Positions 7,298-16,616 of a stretch of 64,000 bases of DNA are shown in pieces. Source of the DNA: an uncultured bacterium. GTDB taxonomy: Bacteria; Pseudomonadota; Gammaproteobacteria; Pseudomonadales; JADFDG01. Made by a program: the position numbers and the translations under genes. The number at the start of each line of letters is the position of its first letter. Positions within the stretch are counted from its first letter, which is position 1. The notes beneath the pieces are model-generated. The model worked only from the letters and a program-made list of their open reading frames with translations, did no database searches and was not told the DNA's origin. The stretch covers positions 9,216 through 73,215 of the forward strand of contig CBDDRC010000043.1 in assembly GCA_965232985.1 (NCBI GenBank). The letters run 5' to 3'.

Positions 7298-10277
7298 CCT
7301 GACCCTGCTGTTCGTCATCGGCATCAGCTACCTGCTGGTGCTGTTCGCCATCGCGTGGGCCGCCGACAGCGGCCGGCTGCCGGCAAAAATCATCCGTCAC
7401 CCTGCGGTGTATGTGCTGTCGCTGGGTGTTTACGCCAGCGCCTGGGCGGTATATGGCGCGGTCGGTTTCGCGTTCAATCATGGCTACAATTTCCTGTCGT
7501 TTTACGTCGGCATCTCCGGCGTATTCCTGCTCGCACCCATCCTGCTCGCACCGATTCTGCGGCTGTCGCAAACCTACCAACTGTCCTCGCTCGCCGATCT
7601 GTTCGCCTTTCGCTATCGCAGCTCGATGGCCGGCGGGCTGGTCACCGTGTTCATGCTGCTCGGGGTGCTACCCCTGCTCGCCTTGCAGATCCAGGCGGTG
7701 GCCGACTCGATCCACATCCTCACCAACGAAGCCAGCCGCAACAGCCTTGCATTCTGGTTCTGCATGACCATCACCGCGTTCGCGATCCTGTTCGGTGCGC
7801 GGCACACCGCCCCGCGCGAAAAACACGAGGGCCTGGTCGTTGCGATTGCGGCGGAGTCGCTGATCAAGCTTGTGTCGCTGATCGCCATCGCCCTGTTCAG
7901 CATTTTCGTGGTATTCGACGGCCCGACCGACCTGCACGAATGGCTGCGCGACCATCCGGAAACCCTGACGATGCTGTATGCCCCGCTTGCCGACGGCACC
8001 TGGCACAGCCTGATCCTGGCGTTCTTCGTGTCTGCCGTGGTGATGCCGCACATGTACCACATGGCATTCACTGAAAACCTGAACCCGCGGGCACTGCTCA
8101 CCGCAAGCTGGGGCTTGCCGCTGCTGCTGCTTGCCATGAGCCTCGCCGTACCCTTTGTGCTCTGGGCTGCCATGAAAACAATGCCGGGCACCGACCCCGA
8201 ATATTTTTCGCTCGGCGTGCCGCTGGCGATGGGTTCGCCAACGATGGCCCTGGTGGTGTACATCGGCGGCCTGTCGGCGGCGAGCGGCGTCATCATTGTC
8301 TCCACGCTCGCGCTCGCCGGCATGTGCCTGAATCACCTCGCCATGCCGCTGTACAAGCCCGGTCAAAATGGCGACCTGTACCGCTGGCTGCTGCGGGCCA
8401 AACGCATCCTGATCGCGACGATCATCCTCGGGGCATACCTGTTCTATTACTTTCTCGACAACCACAATACGCTGACCGAGCTGGGCATGCTGGCGTTCGT
8501 CGCCACCTTGCAGTTCGTCCCCGGACTGATCGGCGTCCTGTTCTGGCCCGCTGCCAACCGTGCCGGCTTCATCGCCGGGCTCATCGCCGGGTTTGTGGTC
8601 TGGTTTTTCGCGCTGCTGCTGCCCACCATCACTCCTTTCGCCGGCATTGCGCTGCCGTTTTTCGGTATCGATTTTGAACCGAACGCGACCAACTGGCACA
8701 CTGCCGCCTTCACTGCCATCATCCTCAACGGCCTGCTGGGCAGCGTGGTCTCGATGATCACCTCCCGCAGTGACGCCGAGAAGCGTGCCGCCGAAACCTG
8801 TGCCGTCGATAATCTGCGTCGACCCTATCGCTGGAAACTCGGCGCCGTGAGCGTCGAAGATTTCGTCAAGGCACTGGCCTTGCCGCTCGGTGCCGCCACC
8901 GCACGCCGCGAGATCGACTTTGCGCTGCGTGATCTGAAACTCGTCGACAGCGAAACGCGGCCGTACATGCTGCGGCGTCTGCGCGACCAGGTAGAGACGA
9001 ATCTTTCGGGCCTGCTCGGCCCGTCGGTTGCGCACGATATCGTCGATGATGTGTTGCCTTACAAACCACTGGCGGAAGGTCAGGGCGCCGAAGACATCCA
9101 TTTTATCGAGAGCCGGCTTGAGGACTACCAGTACCGGCTCTCCGGTCTCGCCGCAGAACTCGACAACCTGCGGCGTTTCCATCGCCAGACGCTGCACGAT
9201 CTGCCGCTCGGCGTGTGCTCGCTGGGCACCGACCGCGAGATTCTCGGCTGGAATGCGGTCATGGAATCGCTTACCGGCATTCGCGCCAGCGAGATTATCG
9301 GCTCATGGCTACACAATCTGCCGGAACCCTGGCGCCAACTGCTGATGGATTTCGCCGGCAGCAACACCCAGCATGTCCATCAGAAGGCGATTACCATTAA
9401 TGCCCATACCCGCTGGATCAGTCTGCACAAGGCCGCAATCAATCTGCCGGCAGGTCAACAACAACTGGGCGCGCAGGTGATCGTGATCGAAGACCTCACC
9501 GACATGAAAACACTCGAGGCGCGCCTCACGCACAATGAGCGTCTTGCTTCGATCGGCCGCCTGGCCGCCGGTGTTGCCCACGAGATCGGCAACCCGGTGA
9601 CGGGCATTGCCTGTCTGGCACAGGATCTGGCCACGGAAAACGAGAATGTCGTCGTGCGCGATTACACGCGGCAGATTCTTGAGCAGACGCGCCGCATCGA
9701 TCGCATCGTCCAGTCGTTGGTCAGCTTCAGTCATAGCGGCAAGCAACGCGCCACCGCCACCGATCCCGTCGTACTGCACCAAGCCATCGATGAAGCCATC
9801 GCGCTCATTCGTTTGGGCCGCGACGGCCGCGAATTCAATTTCATCAATGAATGCGATGCAACGCTGCGTGTTGTCGGCGATGCCCAGCGACTACTGCAGG
9901 TATTCATCAATCTGCTGAACAATGCCCGCGATGCATCAGCCCCCGGCGACACGGTACGGGTATTTACCGTACCCTCCGGCGACAACACAGTAACCGTCTG
10001 CATCGAGGACAACGGCAGCGGGATTCCTGTCGAGCTGCTGGGCAGGGTGTTTGAGCCTTTTGTCACCACGAAAGATCCCGGCAAGGGCACGGGCCTTGGC
10101 CTCGCGCTCGTTTACAGCATCATCGAAGACCACCAGGGGCACATCGCCATCGAGAGTCCCATCCACCCTGACACGCAACGCGGTACGCGCATCCTCCTGA
10201 CGCTGACGCGCTGGCACGAAGATTCCGCCGAGGCCGCCGCCCACGCTGCCCACAGGCCCGGGGAAGAAAACGCATGA
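7287..10277 (+). CDS. cbrA: CbrA-type sensor histidine kinase (SLC5/sodium:solute-symporter-like domain + PAS + HisKA/HATPase)
   Basis: ~500-aa polytopic N-terminal domain, H-box AAGVAHEIGNPV, and N/G boxes NLLNNARDA, DNGSGI, GTGLGL. It overlaps the downstream NtrC-type regulator by ATGA. Genomic context is dksA-gluQ-...-pcnB. Confidence 0.85.
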   Translation: MTFDLTLLFVIGISYLLVLFAIAWAADSGRLPAKIIRHPAVYVLSLGVYASAWAVYGAVGFAFNHGYNFLSFYVGISGVFLLAPILLAPILRLSQTYQLSSLADLFAFRYRSSMAGGLVTVFMLLGVLPLLALQIQAVADSIHILTNEASRNSLAFWFCMTITAFAILFGARHTAPREKHEGLVVAIAAESLIKLVSLIAIALFSIFVVFDGPTDLHEWLRDHPETLTMLYAPLADGTWHSLILAFFVSAVVMPHMYHMAFTENLNPRALLTASWGLPLLLLAMSLAVPFVLWAAMKTMPGTDPEYFSLGVPLAMGSPTMALVVYIGGLSAASGVIIVSTLALAGMCLNHLAMPLYKPGQNGDLYRWLLRAKRILIATIILGAYLFYYFLDNHNTLTELGMLAFVATLQFVPGLIGVLFWPAANRAGFIAGLIAGFVVWFFALLLPTITPFAGIALPFFGIDFEPNATNWHTAAFTAIILNGLLGSVVSMITSRSDAEKRAAETCAVDNLRRPYRWKLGAVSVEDFVKALALPLGAATARREIDFALRDLKLVDSETRPYMLRRLRDQVETNLSGLLGPSVAHDIVDDVLPYKPLAEGQGAEDIHFIESRLEDYQYRLSGLAAELDNLRRFHRQTLHDLPLGVCSLGTDREILGWNAVMESLTGIRASEIIGSWLHNLPEPWRQLLMDFAGSNTQHVHQKAITINAHTRWISLHKAAINLPAGQQQLGAQVIVIEDLTDMKTLEARLTHNERLASIGRLAAGVAHEIGNPVTGIACLAQDLATENENVVVRDYTRQILEQTRRIDRIVQSLVSFSHSGKQRATATDPVVLHQAIDEAIALIRLGRDGREFNFINECDATLRVVGDAQRLLQVFINLLNNARDASAPGDTVRVFTVPSGDNTVTVCIEDNGSGIPVELLGRVFEPFVTTKDPGKGTGLGLALVYSIIEDHQGHIAIESPIHPDTQRGTRILLTLTRWHEDSAEAAAHAAHRPGEENA

Positions 10278-11620
10278 GCCACATCCTGATCGTCGAGGAC
10301 GAAGCGGTTATCCGCGCGTCGCTGCGCAAGTTGCTGGAGCGCAACGGCTACAGTGTCGCCGAAGCCGGCTCGGTGCAGGAAGTAAAGGAGAAGTACGAGA
10401 TCACCGACTTCGACATGGTACTCAGCGACCTGCGCCTGCCTGGCGAGCCGGGCACCACGATGATCAAACTGGCTGCCCCGGTGCCGGTATTGATCATGAC
10501 CAGCTACGCCAGCCTCAAGTCTGCTGTTGAAGCCATGAAGCTCGGCGCCATCGACTACATCGCCAAACCCTTTGACCACGAGGAAATGTTGCTCGCGGTA
10601 AAACGCATCCTGAAAGAAAGCGCCCTGGAACGACAAGCAGCGGCACTCAAGCAGGATTTGCAACGCAACTACCCGACCACCGGCATTATCGGCAGTTGTG
10701 CGCCCATGCAGGAATTGTTCAAGCGCATCGGGCGCGTTGCACCCACCGACACCACCGTATTGATTCTCGGCGAGTCCGGCACCGGCAAGGAGCTCGTTGC
10801 CCGTGCCCTGCACGAGCAGGGCACGCGCCGCTCCGGGCCGCTTATCTCCGTCAACTGCGCGGCAATTCCTGAGACACTGATTGAAAGCGAGTTGTTCGGC
10901 CACGAGAAGGGCGCATTCACTGGCGCCAACGCCATGCGCAAAGGTCTGTTCGAACCCGCCGACGGCGGCACGCTCTTCGACGATGAGATCGGCGAATTGC
11001 CGCTTGAGGTACAGGCGCGCCTGTTGCGGCTGCTGCAGGAGCGGGAAATCCGGCGCGTCGGCTCAACCGAATCGCGCAAGGTCGATGTCCGCCTCTGCGC
11101 AGCAACCCATCGCGACCTGAAAGCTCTCGTCGGCGCCGGCAAGTTCCGGGAAGACCTTTTCTACCGCCTGGACGTGTTCGAGCTGAAGCTGCCGCCACTG
11201 CGCGAGCGCGGCGACGACGTGATCGAGCTGGCGCAGAAACTCATCGAACGTGCCTGTCGGAAAATCAATCGCAAAACGCTGGCTTATTCCGAGGAATCAC
11301 TGCGCGCCATTCGCAGCTATGCCTGGCCTGGCAACGTGCGTGAACTGGAGAACGCCATCGAGCGGGCCGCGATTCTTTGCGACGACGACGAGATCCTGCC
11401 GGAGCACTTGGGCATTGAGGCCGCCCCCCAGGACCAGGGCGACGCGATGGCGCCTGGCGATCCGTCGGTTGACCTGTCATTGGAGGACTATTTCGCCCGC
11501 TTTGTCCTTGAGCACCAGGACACCATGAGCGAAACCGAACTGGCCCTGAAGCTCGGCATCAGCCGCAAGAGCCTGTGGGAGCGCCGGCAGCGGTTGGGCA
11601 TCCCCCGCAAGAAGAGTTGA
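10274..11620 (+). CDS. cbrB: CbrB-type sigma54-dependent response regulator (REC + AAA+ + Fis-type HTH)
   Basis: REC domain (DMVLSDLRLPG), Walker A GESGTGKE, GAFTGA loop, and C-terminal HTH LALKLGISRKSLWERRQRLGI. Confidence 0.88.
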   Translation: MSHILIVEDEAVIRASLRKLLERNGYSVAEAGSVQEVKEKYEITDFDMVLSDLRLPGEPGTTMIKLAAPVPVLIMTSYASLKSAVEAMKLGAIDYIAKPFDHEEMLLAVKRILKESALERQAAALKQDLQRNYPTTGIIGSCAPMQELFKRIGRVAPTDTTVLILGESGTGKELVARALHEQGTRRSGPLISVNCAAIPETLIESELFGHEKGAFTGANAMRKGLFEPADGGTLFDDEIGELPLEVQARLLRLLQEREIRRVGSTESRKVDVRLCAATHRDLKALVGAGKFREDLFYRLDVFELKLPPLRERGDDVIELAQKLIERACRKINRKTLAYSEESLRAIRSYAWPGNVRELENAIERAAILCDDDEILPEHLGIEAAPQDQGDAMAPGDPSVDLSLEDYFARFVLEHQDTMSETELALKLGISRKSLWERRQRLGIPRKKS

Positions 11621-11641
11621 CCCCTCACCCGGGGCCCTGTG

Positions 11642-11764
11642 TGTTACCAAACGAAACAGGCGGGTACCGTTCATCGGCAGTTAAGTAACATCGCGTCAGC
11701 AGATCATTCCGCCAAAATCAGGTGAATTTTCTGTAACCTTATGTTTTTAAAGCATATTAGTTAC
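11642..11764 (+). promoter_or_regulatory. cluster of TGTTAC/GTAACA half-sites (candidate CbrB upstream activating sequences) plus an A/T-rich bend region
   Basis: TGTTAC 11642-11647, GTAACA 11685-11690, TGTAAC 11732-11737, GTTAC 11760-11764. The A/T-rich stretch 11738-11760 lies between these sites and the sigma54 promoter. Confidence 0.4.
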
Positions 11765-11775
11765 TGTAAAGATAT

Positions 11776-11791
11776 TGGCACGCATCCTGCT
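11776..11791 (+). promoter_or_regulatory. sigma54 (-24/-12) promoter
   Basis: TGGCACGCATCCTGCT. GG is at 11777-11778 and GC at 11789-11790, which is the exact 12-nt register of the consensus TGGCAC-N5-TTGCW. Confidence 0.75.
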
Positions 11792-11801
11792 GTATCTCCA
11801 T

Positions 11802-12080
11802 TGCAACAAGAACAACAACAAACCCGGCTTCTGCACCCATAAAAACAACAACGCAGAAGAAAAAGAACGACAACAGAAGCCAATGCAGTGCATGAACCGA
11901 CGGAGTCAATCCCTCGGTTCTTTTCTTGGACAAGACGACCGGCATCCAAAAACAACAGCCGGCGCCTGCAAGACCGAAGGAAACCCATCGCCATTTGGTG
12001 ATGTAACGGCTTCCTTGATAAAAAGAACAACAAAGATGTACAGAACGGCGGACCGGGAAACCGGCCCGCCGTTCTGCTTT
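11802..12080 (+). ncRNA. crcZ: CrcZ-like A-rich (AAnAAnAA) protein-sponge sRNA; the 5' end is inferred from the promoter
   Basis: It sits between cbrB and pcnB, downstream of a sigma54 promoter. Five A-rich clusters are present: 11805-11822 AACAAGAACAACAACAAA, 11840-11851 AAAAACAACAA, 11856-11878, 11947-11957 AAAAACAACAG, and 12019-12034 AAAAAGAACAACAAAG. They are separated by GC stems and the RNA ends at an intrinsic terminator. There is no RBS or plausible coding potential. Confidence 0.65.
12042..12080 (+). terminator. intrinsic terminator of the CrcZ-like sRNA
   Basis: AGAACGGCGGACCGG-GAAA-CCGGCCCGCCGTTCT followed by GCTTT. Confidence 0.7.
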
Positions 12081-12193
12081 CAGGTTGCTAAAAAGGCCGG
12101 CCGGGCCAAAAGCCGGCACCGGAAAAACTGCCGGAACCCCTCCCCCCTGCTAGACTTGCCGCCGTTTCGTCCCTGACCTGATCGTCGAGCAAC

Positions 12194-13600
12194 ATGCCAA
12201 AACGCCTGGTCGGCTTCATCAGCCGCGTCCTGAATGGCAGCAAGGAACCCAAAGCCGAGCTGCGCGTCATCCCCCGTGAAGCACACCATGTCTCACGCAA
12301 GAACATCAGCCCCAATGCGCTGAAAGTGCTTTATCGCCTGAAGGATGCCGGCTACGAGGCCTACCTCGTCGGCGGTGGCGTGCGCGACCTGCTGCTCGAC
12401 GGCCGCCCCAAGGATTTCGACGTTGCCACCAGCGCGACGCCCGAACAGGTCAAACGGGTCTTCGGCAACTGCCGGCTGATCGGCCGCCGCTTCCGGCTGG
12501 CCCACATCCTCTTTGGCCGCGAGGTCGTCGAAGTGGCGACCTTCCGCGCCAATCATCTGCCGGACGACCCGGGTGACGATGAACACATCCCGGACGACGA
12601 AGACGCCAACGGCTCGGTACACGGCTCCACCGGCATGATTCTGCGCGACAACGTTTGGGGCAATGTCGAGCAGGATGCCTTGCGCCGCGATTTCACCGTC
12701 AATGCGCTCTATTACAACATCGAGAACTTCGCGATCCACGACTACGTCGGCGGCATGAAAGATCTCGAGAAGAAACGCCTGCGGCTGATCGGCGACCCGG
12801 AAACGCGTTACCGGGAAGATCCGGTGCGCATGCTGCGCGCCGTCCGTTTTGCCGCCAAGCTGGGCTTTACCGTCGAGGCCGGCACGGCAAAACCGATTGC
12901 CCAATTGAAGCCCCTGCTGCAACAGGTACCGCCAGCGCGCCTGTTCGACGAAATGCTCAAACTGTTGCTGGCCGGTTATGGCCACGCCAGTTGGGAATGG
13001 CTCGAACGCTTTGGCCTCGACGAGGTGCTGTTCCCCGATACCGCGCACCTCATCCGCCGCGACGCCAACGCACGGAAATTCCTGTTGGCCGCGCTCGACA
13101 ATTCCGATCGGCGTATCGCCGACGGCAAAACCGTTACGCCCGCATTCCTGTTCGCCGCCCTGCTATGGCCAGAAGTCAGTCGTCGCTATCAACAACTGCT
13201 GAGCGAAGGCGTTAACGATCTCGCCGCCATGGCCCAGGCCGGCCAGCAGGTACTCGACGAGCAGTATCGCATCGTCGCCATTCCGCGCCGCTTCTCGGTA
13301 CCGGCACGCGAGATCTGGGAGATGCAGTTGCGCTTGCCCCGGCGCAGCGGCAAACGTGCCGAGGTTCTGCTCGGCAATCCGCGGTTCCGCGCCGCCTATG
13401 ATTTTCTGCTGCTGCGCGAAGCTGCCGGACCAATGGCCGGCGAGCCACCAGACATATTTACCGAGCAACTCGGCAGTTGGTGGAACGACTACCAGCGTGT
13501 CGATTTCGATCAGCGTCAAATCATGTTGCGCGATCTGGAAGCCAGACGGCAGCCTGGCGACGCCGCTGGCCGCAAGCGCCGCCGCCGGCGCAAGAGCTGA
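12194..13600 (+). CDS. pcnB: poly(A) polymerase I
   Basis: Nucleotidyltransferase motif AYLVGGGVRDLLLDGRPKDFDVAT and a basic C-terminal tail. folK follows, as in E. coli and Pseudomonas. Confidence 0.9.
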   Translation: MPKRLVGFISRVLNGSKEPKAELRVIPREAHHVSRKNISPNALKVLYRLKDAGYEAYLVGGGVRDLLLDGRPKDFDVATSATPEQVKRVFGNCRLIGRRFRLAHILFGREVVEVATFRANHLPDDPGDDEHIPDDEDANGSVHGSTGMILRDNVWGNVEQDALRRDFTVNALYYNIENFAIHDYVGGMKDLEKKRLRLIGDPETRYREDPVRMLRAVRFAAKLGFTVEAGTAKPIAQLKPLLQQVPPARLFDEMLKLLLAGYGHASWEWLERFGLDEVLFPDTAHLIRRDANARKFLLAALDNSDRRIADGKTVTPAFLFAALLWPEVSRRYQQLLSEGVNDLAAMAQAGQQVLDEQYRIVAIPRRFSVPAREIWEMQLRLPRRSGKRAEVLLGNPRFRAAYDFLLLREAAGPMAGEPPDIFTEQLGSWWNDYQRVDFDQRQIMLRDLEARRQPGDAAGRKRRRRRKS

Positions 13601-13619
13601 CCCGAAGAGCGCACCGCTC

Positions 13620-14129
13620 ATGTACGCCTGGATCGGTCTTGGCAGCAACATCGGCGAGCCGCCTGTGCAACTGCAGCGCGCTGTCGATGCGCTCGCCAGC
13701 CTGCCTGGTACAAAGGTCATCGCCATCTCGCCGGTCTATCGCAACCCGCCGCTGCAACAGCCGGGGCAAGCACACCAAGGCCAGCCGGACTACCTTAATG
13801 CGGTTGCGCAGCTCGACACGGCGCTCACGCCGCCAGCACTGCTCGACGCACTGCAGGCGATCGAACAGGCGCAAGGTCGCGTACGGCGCGAACACTGGAG
13901 CGCGCGCACACTCGATCTCGACCTGCTTGTGCACGGCAACACGCTGATCACCAGCGCGCACCTGACCCTGCCACATCCAGGCATTGCCGAGCGACGCTTC
14001 GTCCTGCAACCGCTGTATGACATTGCGCCAACACTCACGCTGCCGGATGGTCGCGCGATATGTGCGCTGCTGGCTCACTGTCCGCCCTCACCACTGGTCC
14101 GCGACGCTGATCTGTGCCTGCCACATTGA
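13620..14129 (+). CDS. folK: 2-amino-4-hydroxy-6-hydroxymethyldihydropteridine pyrophosphokinase
   Basis: Trimmed to ATG 13620 ([12 protein letters not shown]...). HPPK motif RTLDLDLL and [12 protein letters not shown]. Confidence 0.88.
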   Translation: MYAWIGLGSNIGEPPVQLQRAVDALASLPGTKVIAISPVYRNPPLQQPGQAHQGQPDYLNAVAQLDTALTPPALLDALQAIEQAQGRVRREHWSARTLDLDLLVHGNTLITSAHLTLPHPGIAERRFVLQPLYDIAPTLTLPDGRAICALLAHCPPSPLVRDADLCLPH

Positions 14130-14190
14130 CCTGATCGATCACGACACCGACTATAGTGCAGCGCGTTCTTTGTATTCCGAGGTCAACGCC

Positions 14191-15009
14191 ATGTCCTACC
14201 TGAGCGAATCCACCCGCAAGCCGGTGACCATCGCAACGCTGCACAAGATGAAAGCAGCGCGCGAAAAGTTCACCGTGCTGACTGCCTACGATGCAAGCTT
14301 CGCAACCTTACTGTCGCGTTGCGGTGTCGATGTGATCCTGGTTGGCGATTCCCTGGGTATGGTCCTGCAAGGCCACGACAGCACGCTGCCGGTATCGATC
14401 GACGACATGTGCTATCACGTCGCCTGCGTCAAACGCGGCAACGAAGCGGCGTTGATCATGGCCGACCTGCCGTTCATGGGCACTGCCACCATCCAACGCT
14501 GTCTTGACTGGTCAGGCCGGCTCATGGCGGCCGGCGCACACATGGTGAAGATCGAAGGTGGCGGCTGGCTTGCCGAGACAATTGTGGCGCTCAAGCGCAG
14601 CGGCATTCCGGTATGTGCCCACTTGGGGCTTACGCCGCAATCGGTGCACACTTTCGGCGGCTACAAGGTACAGGGGCGCGACGATGCGCAAGCCGCAGCC
14701 ATCATTGCCGATGCAAAAATGCTGGCAGCCGCTGGCGCCGACCTGTTTTTGTTCGAGTGCATTCCGCGGCCGCTCGCGCAACGGATCATGGCTGCTGTGC
14801 ACAACCCGGTCATCGGCATCGGCGCGGCGCCGGAGTGCGACGGCCAGGTACTTGTGCTGCACGATATTCTCGGCGTGTCGCCCGGCAAGCCGGCGCGCTT
14901 CGTAAAGAATTTTCTCGCCGGCCGCAGTGATGGTGTCGAAGGTGCGGTGCGGGCGTACGTGGACGCCGTGAAAAAAGGCGAATTCCCTGCTGCTGAACAT
15001 TGTTTTTGA
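14191..15009 (+). CDS. panB: 3-methyl-2-oxobutanoate hydroxymethyltransferase
   Basis: Trimmed to ATG 14191 (MSYLSES...). Contains [25 protein letters not shown] and VKIEGG. Confidence 0.9.
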   Translation: MSYLSESTRKPVTIATLHKMKAAREKFTVLTAYDASFATLLSRCGVDVILVGDSLGMVLQGHDSTLPVSIDDMCYHVACVKRGNEAALIMADLPFMGTATIQRCLDWSGRLMAAGAHMVKIEGGGWLAETIVALKRSGIPVCAHLGLTPQSVHTFGGYKVQGRDDAQAAAIIADAKMLAAAGADLFLFECIPRPLAQRIMAAVHNPVIGIGAAPECDGQVLVLHDILGVSPGKPARFVKNFLAGRSDGVEGAVRAYVDAVKKGEFPAAEHCF

Positions 15010-15870
15010 ATGATGCAAACCGCCCATACCATTGCTGCCGTACGCGCCCAGGTGCATGCTTGGCGGCAGGCCGGCGACAACATCGCCTTCGTCCCGACCA
15101 TGGGTAACCTGCACGCCGGCCATATCGCCTTGGTGCGCGAAGGCCGCCAGGTTGCGCAACGTGTCGTCGCCAGCGTATTCGTCAACCCGACCCAGTTCGG
15201 GCCGAACGAAGATTTCGACAAATACCCGCGCACGTTGGCTAACGACAGCACCCAGCTTGCCGGCGCTGGCTGCGAGCTGCTGTTCGCGCCCTCGGTCGAC
15301 GAGATGTACCCGCACGGCAAGACCCAGACGGTCGTCCACGTCCCCCGTCTGGGCGACGCGCTTTGTGGCCGTTCCCGGCCGGGCCACTTCGACGGGGTCT
15401 CGACCGTCGTCAGCAAGCTGTTCCATATCGTGCAGCCGGATATCGCCTTGTTCGGGCAGAAAGATTTCCAGCAACTGGCGATCATCCGCCGCATGACCGC
15501 CGACCTCGCCTTCCCGATCCGCATCGTCGGGGTTCCCACGGTGCGCGAGGCCAACGGCCTGGCCATGAGCTCGCGCAACGGCTTTCTGGGCGCCGAACAG
15601 CGCCAGACGGCGGCCGTGATCTACCGCGCACTGTGCACTGCCCGTGACGCGATCCTGGCTGGGCGCCGGGATTACAACGCCATCGCGGCCGAGGCGGCCC
15701 AAACCATCAATGCCGCGGGGCTAGTGGTTGATTACTTCGAGCTGCGCGATGGCCACGAGCTGACGCCGGCGACACCGGCCAGCGATTACCTGCTGATCGC
15801 CACCGCCGCCCGCCTCGGCACCACCCGCCTGATCGATAACATCGCGTTTTCCCTCGGGAAATCCGCATAG
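15010..15870 (+). CDS. panC: pantoate--beta-alanine ligase
   Basis: PTMGNLHAGHIALV, FVNPTQFGPNEDF. It starts directly after the panB stop. Confidence 0.9.
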   Translation: MMQTAHTIAAVRAQVHAWRQAGDNIAFVPTMGNLHAGHIALVREGRQVAQRVVASVFVNPTQFGPNEDFDKYPRTLANDSTQLAGAGCELLFAPSVDEMYPHGKTQTVVHVPRLGDALCGRSRPGHFDGVSTVVSKLFHIVQPDIALFGQKDFQQLAIIRRMTADLAFPIRIVGVPTVREANGLAMSSRNGFLGAEQRQTAAVIYRALCTARDAILAGRRDYNAIAAEAAQTINAAGLVVDYFELRDGHELTPATPASDYLLIATAARLGTTRLIDNIAFSLGKSA

Positions 15871-16027
15871 CCTCTATCACATAGCCGCTTACAATCGGGG
15901 CTGGTAACCGACCTTATTGTCTGGCAAAGTCTCGCGCCACTTTGGGTGAACCTGGGCTAGTATCCCCGGCGTCCCCAGACCCGACTCCAAAGCAAGAGCG
16001 GGGGTATCGACCGGCCAGGAGGTGAAC

Positions 16028-16408
16028 ATGCAGTCCATCATGCTGAAAGCCAAGCTGCACCGTGCCCGTGTAACGCACTCGGAATTGGACTACGAGGGCT
16101 CCTGCGCCATTGACGGCGACCTGCTCGATCTCGCGGGCATCCACGAGTATGAGCAAATCCAGATCTACAACATCACCAACGGCGAGCGGTTCACGACCTA
16201 CGCCATCCGCGCCGAAAAAGGCTCACGCATGATCTCGGTGAATGGCGCCGCCGCCCACAAGGCAAAGGCCGGCGATCTCGTCATCATCTGCGCCTACGCG
16301 CAATACACCTCAGCCGAACTGCTCAACTTCAAGCCGCGCATGGTTTATTTTGGCGAAGGCAACGTGGTCTCCCACACCGCCAACGCCATCCCGGTGCAGG
16401 TTGCCTGA
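16028..16408 (+). CDS. panD: aspartate 1-decarboxylase proenzyme
   Basis: [25 protein letters not shown] (self-cleavage G-S site). AGGAGG at 16017-16022 favours ATG 16028 over the GTG at 16022 listed in the track. Confidence 0.9.
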   Translation: MQSIMLKAKLHRARVTHSELDYEGSCAIDGDLLDLAGIHEYEQIQIYNITNGERFTTYAIRAEKGSRMISVNGAAAHKAKAGDLVIICAYAQYTSAELLNFKPRMVYFGEGNVVSHTANAIPVQVA

Positions 16409-16432
16409 TACCGGCTGCCTGATCACCGTCTG

Positions 16433-16460
16433 AAAACGCCCGCCCTCTGCGGGCGTTTTT
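16433..16460 (+). terminator. intrinsic terminator after panD
   Basis: ACGCCCGC-CCTCT-GCGGGCGT followed by TTTT. Confidence 0.85.
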
Positions 16461-16616
16461 ATTAGCGCCCTCATCGGCAGCAATAGCAGGCGATTTGTGT
16501 CGCCTGTTACAGCCCCTGCCTTGAGCAGCCCTCTTCTTTCAGGGAAAGTATGGCTCCCCGCCGGCCACACTGGCAGCCTTCTCCACGATCGACGCGCCCA
16601 GCTAAGGAGTCCTGTG

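Noticed and set aside
11757-12176. ORFs 11775..12176(+) and 11757..12119(-) in the cbrB-pcnB spacer.
   Set aside because: The plus-strand 'protein' is a run of Asn/Lys/Gln produced by translating the AAnAAnAA motifs. There is no RBS, and the region is bracketed by a sigma54 promoter and an intrinsic terminator. It is better explained as the CrcZ-like sRNA.
16568-16585. A sigma54-like TGGCAGCCTTCTCCAC sequence upstream of acs, a possible CbrB target.
   Set aside because: The -12 element is missing (TCCA rather than TGC) and no TGTTAC/GTAACA half-sites are nearby.
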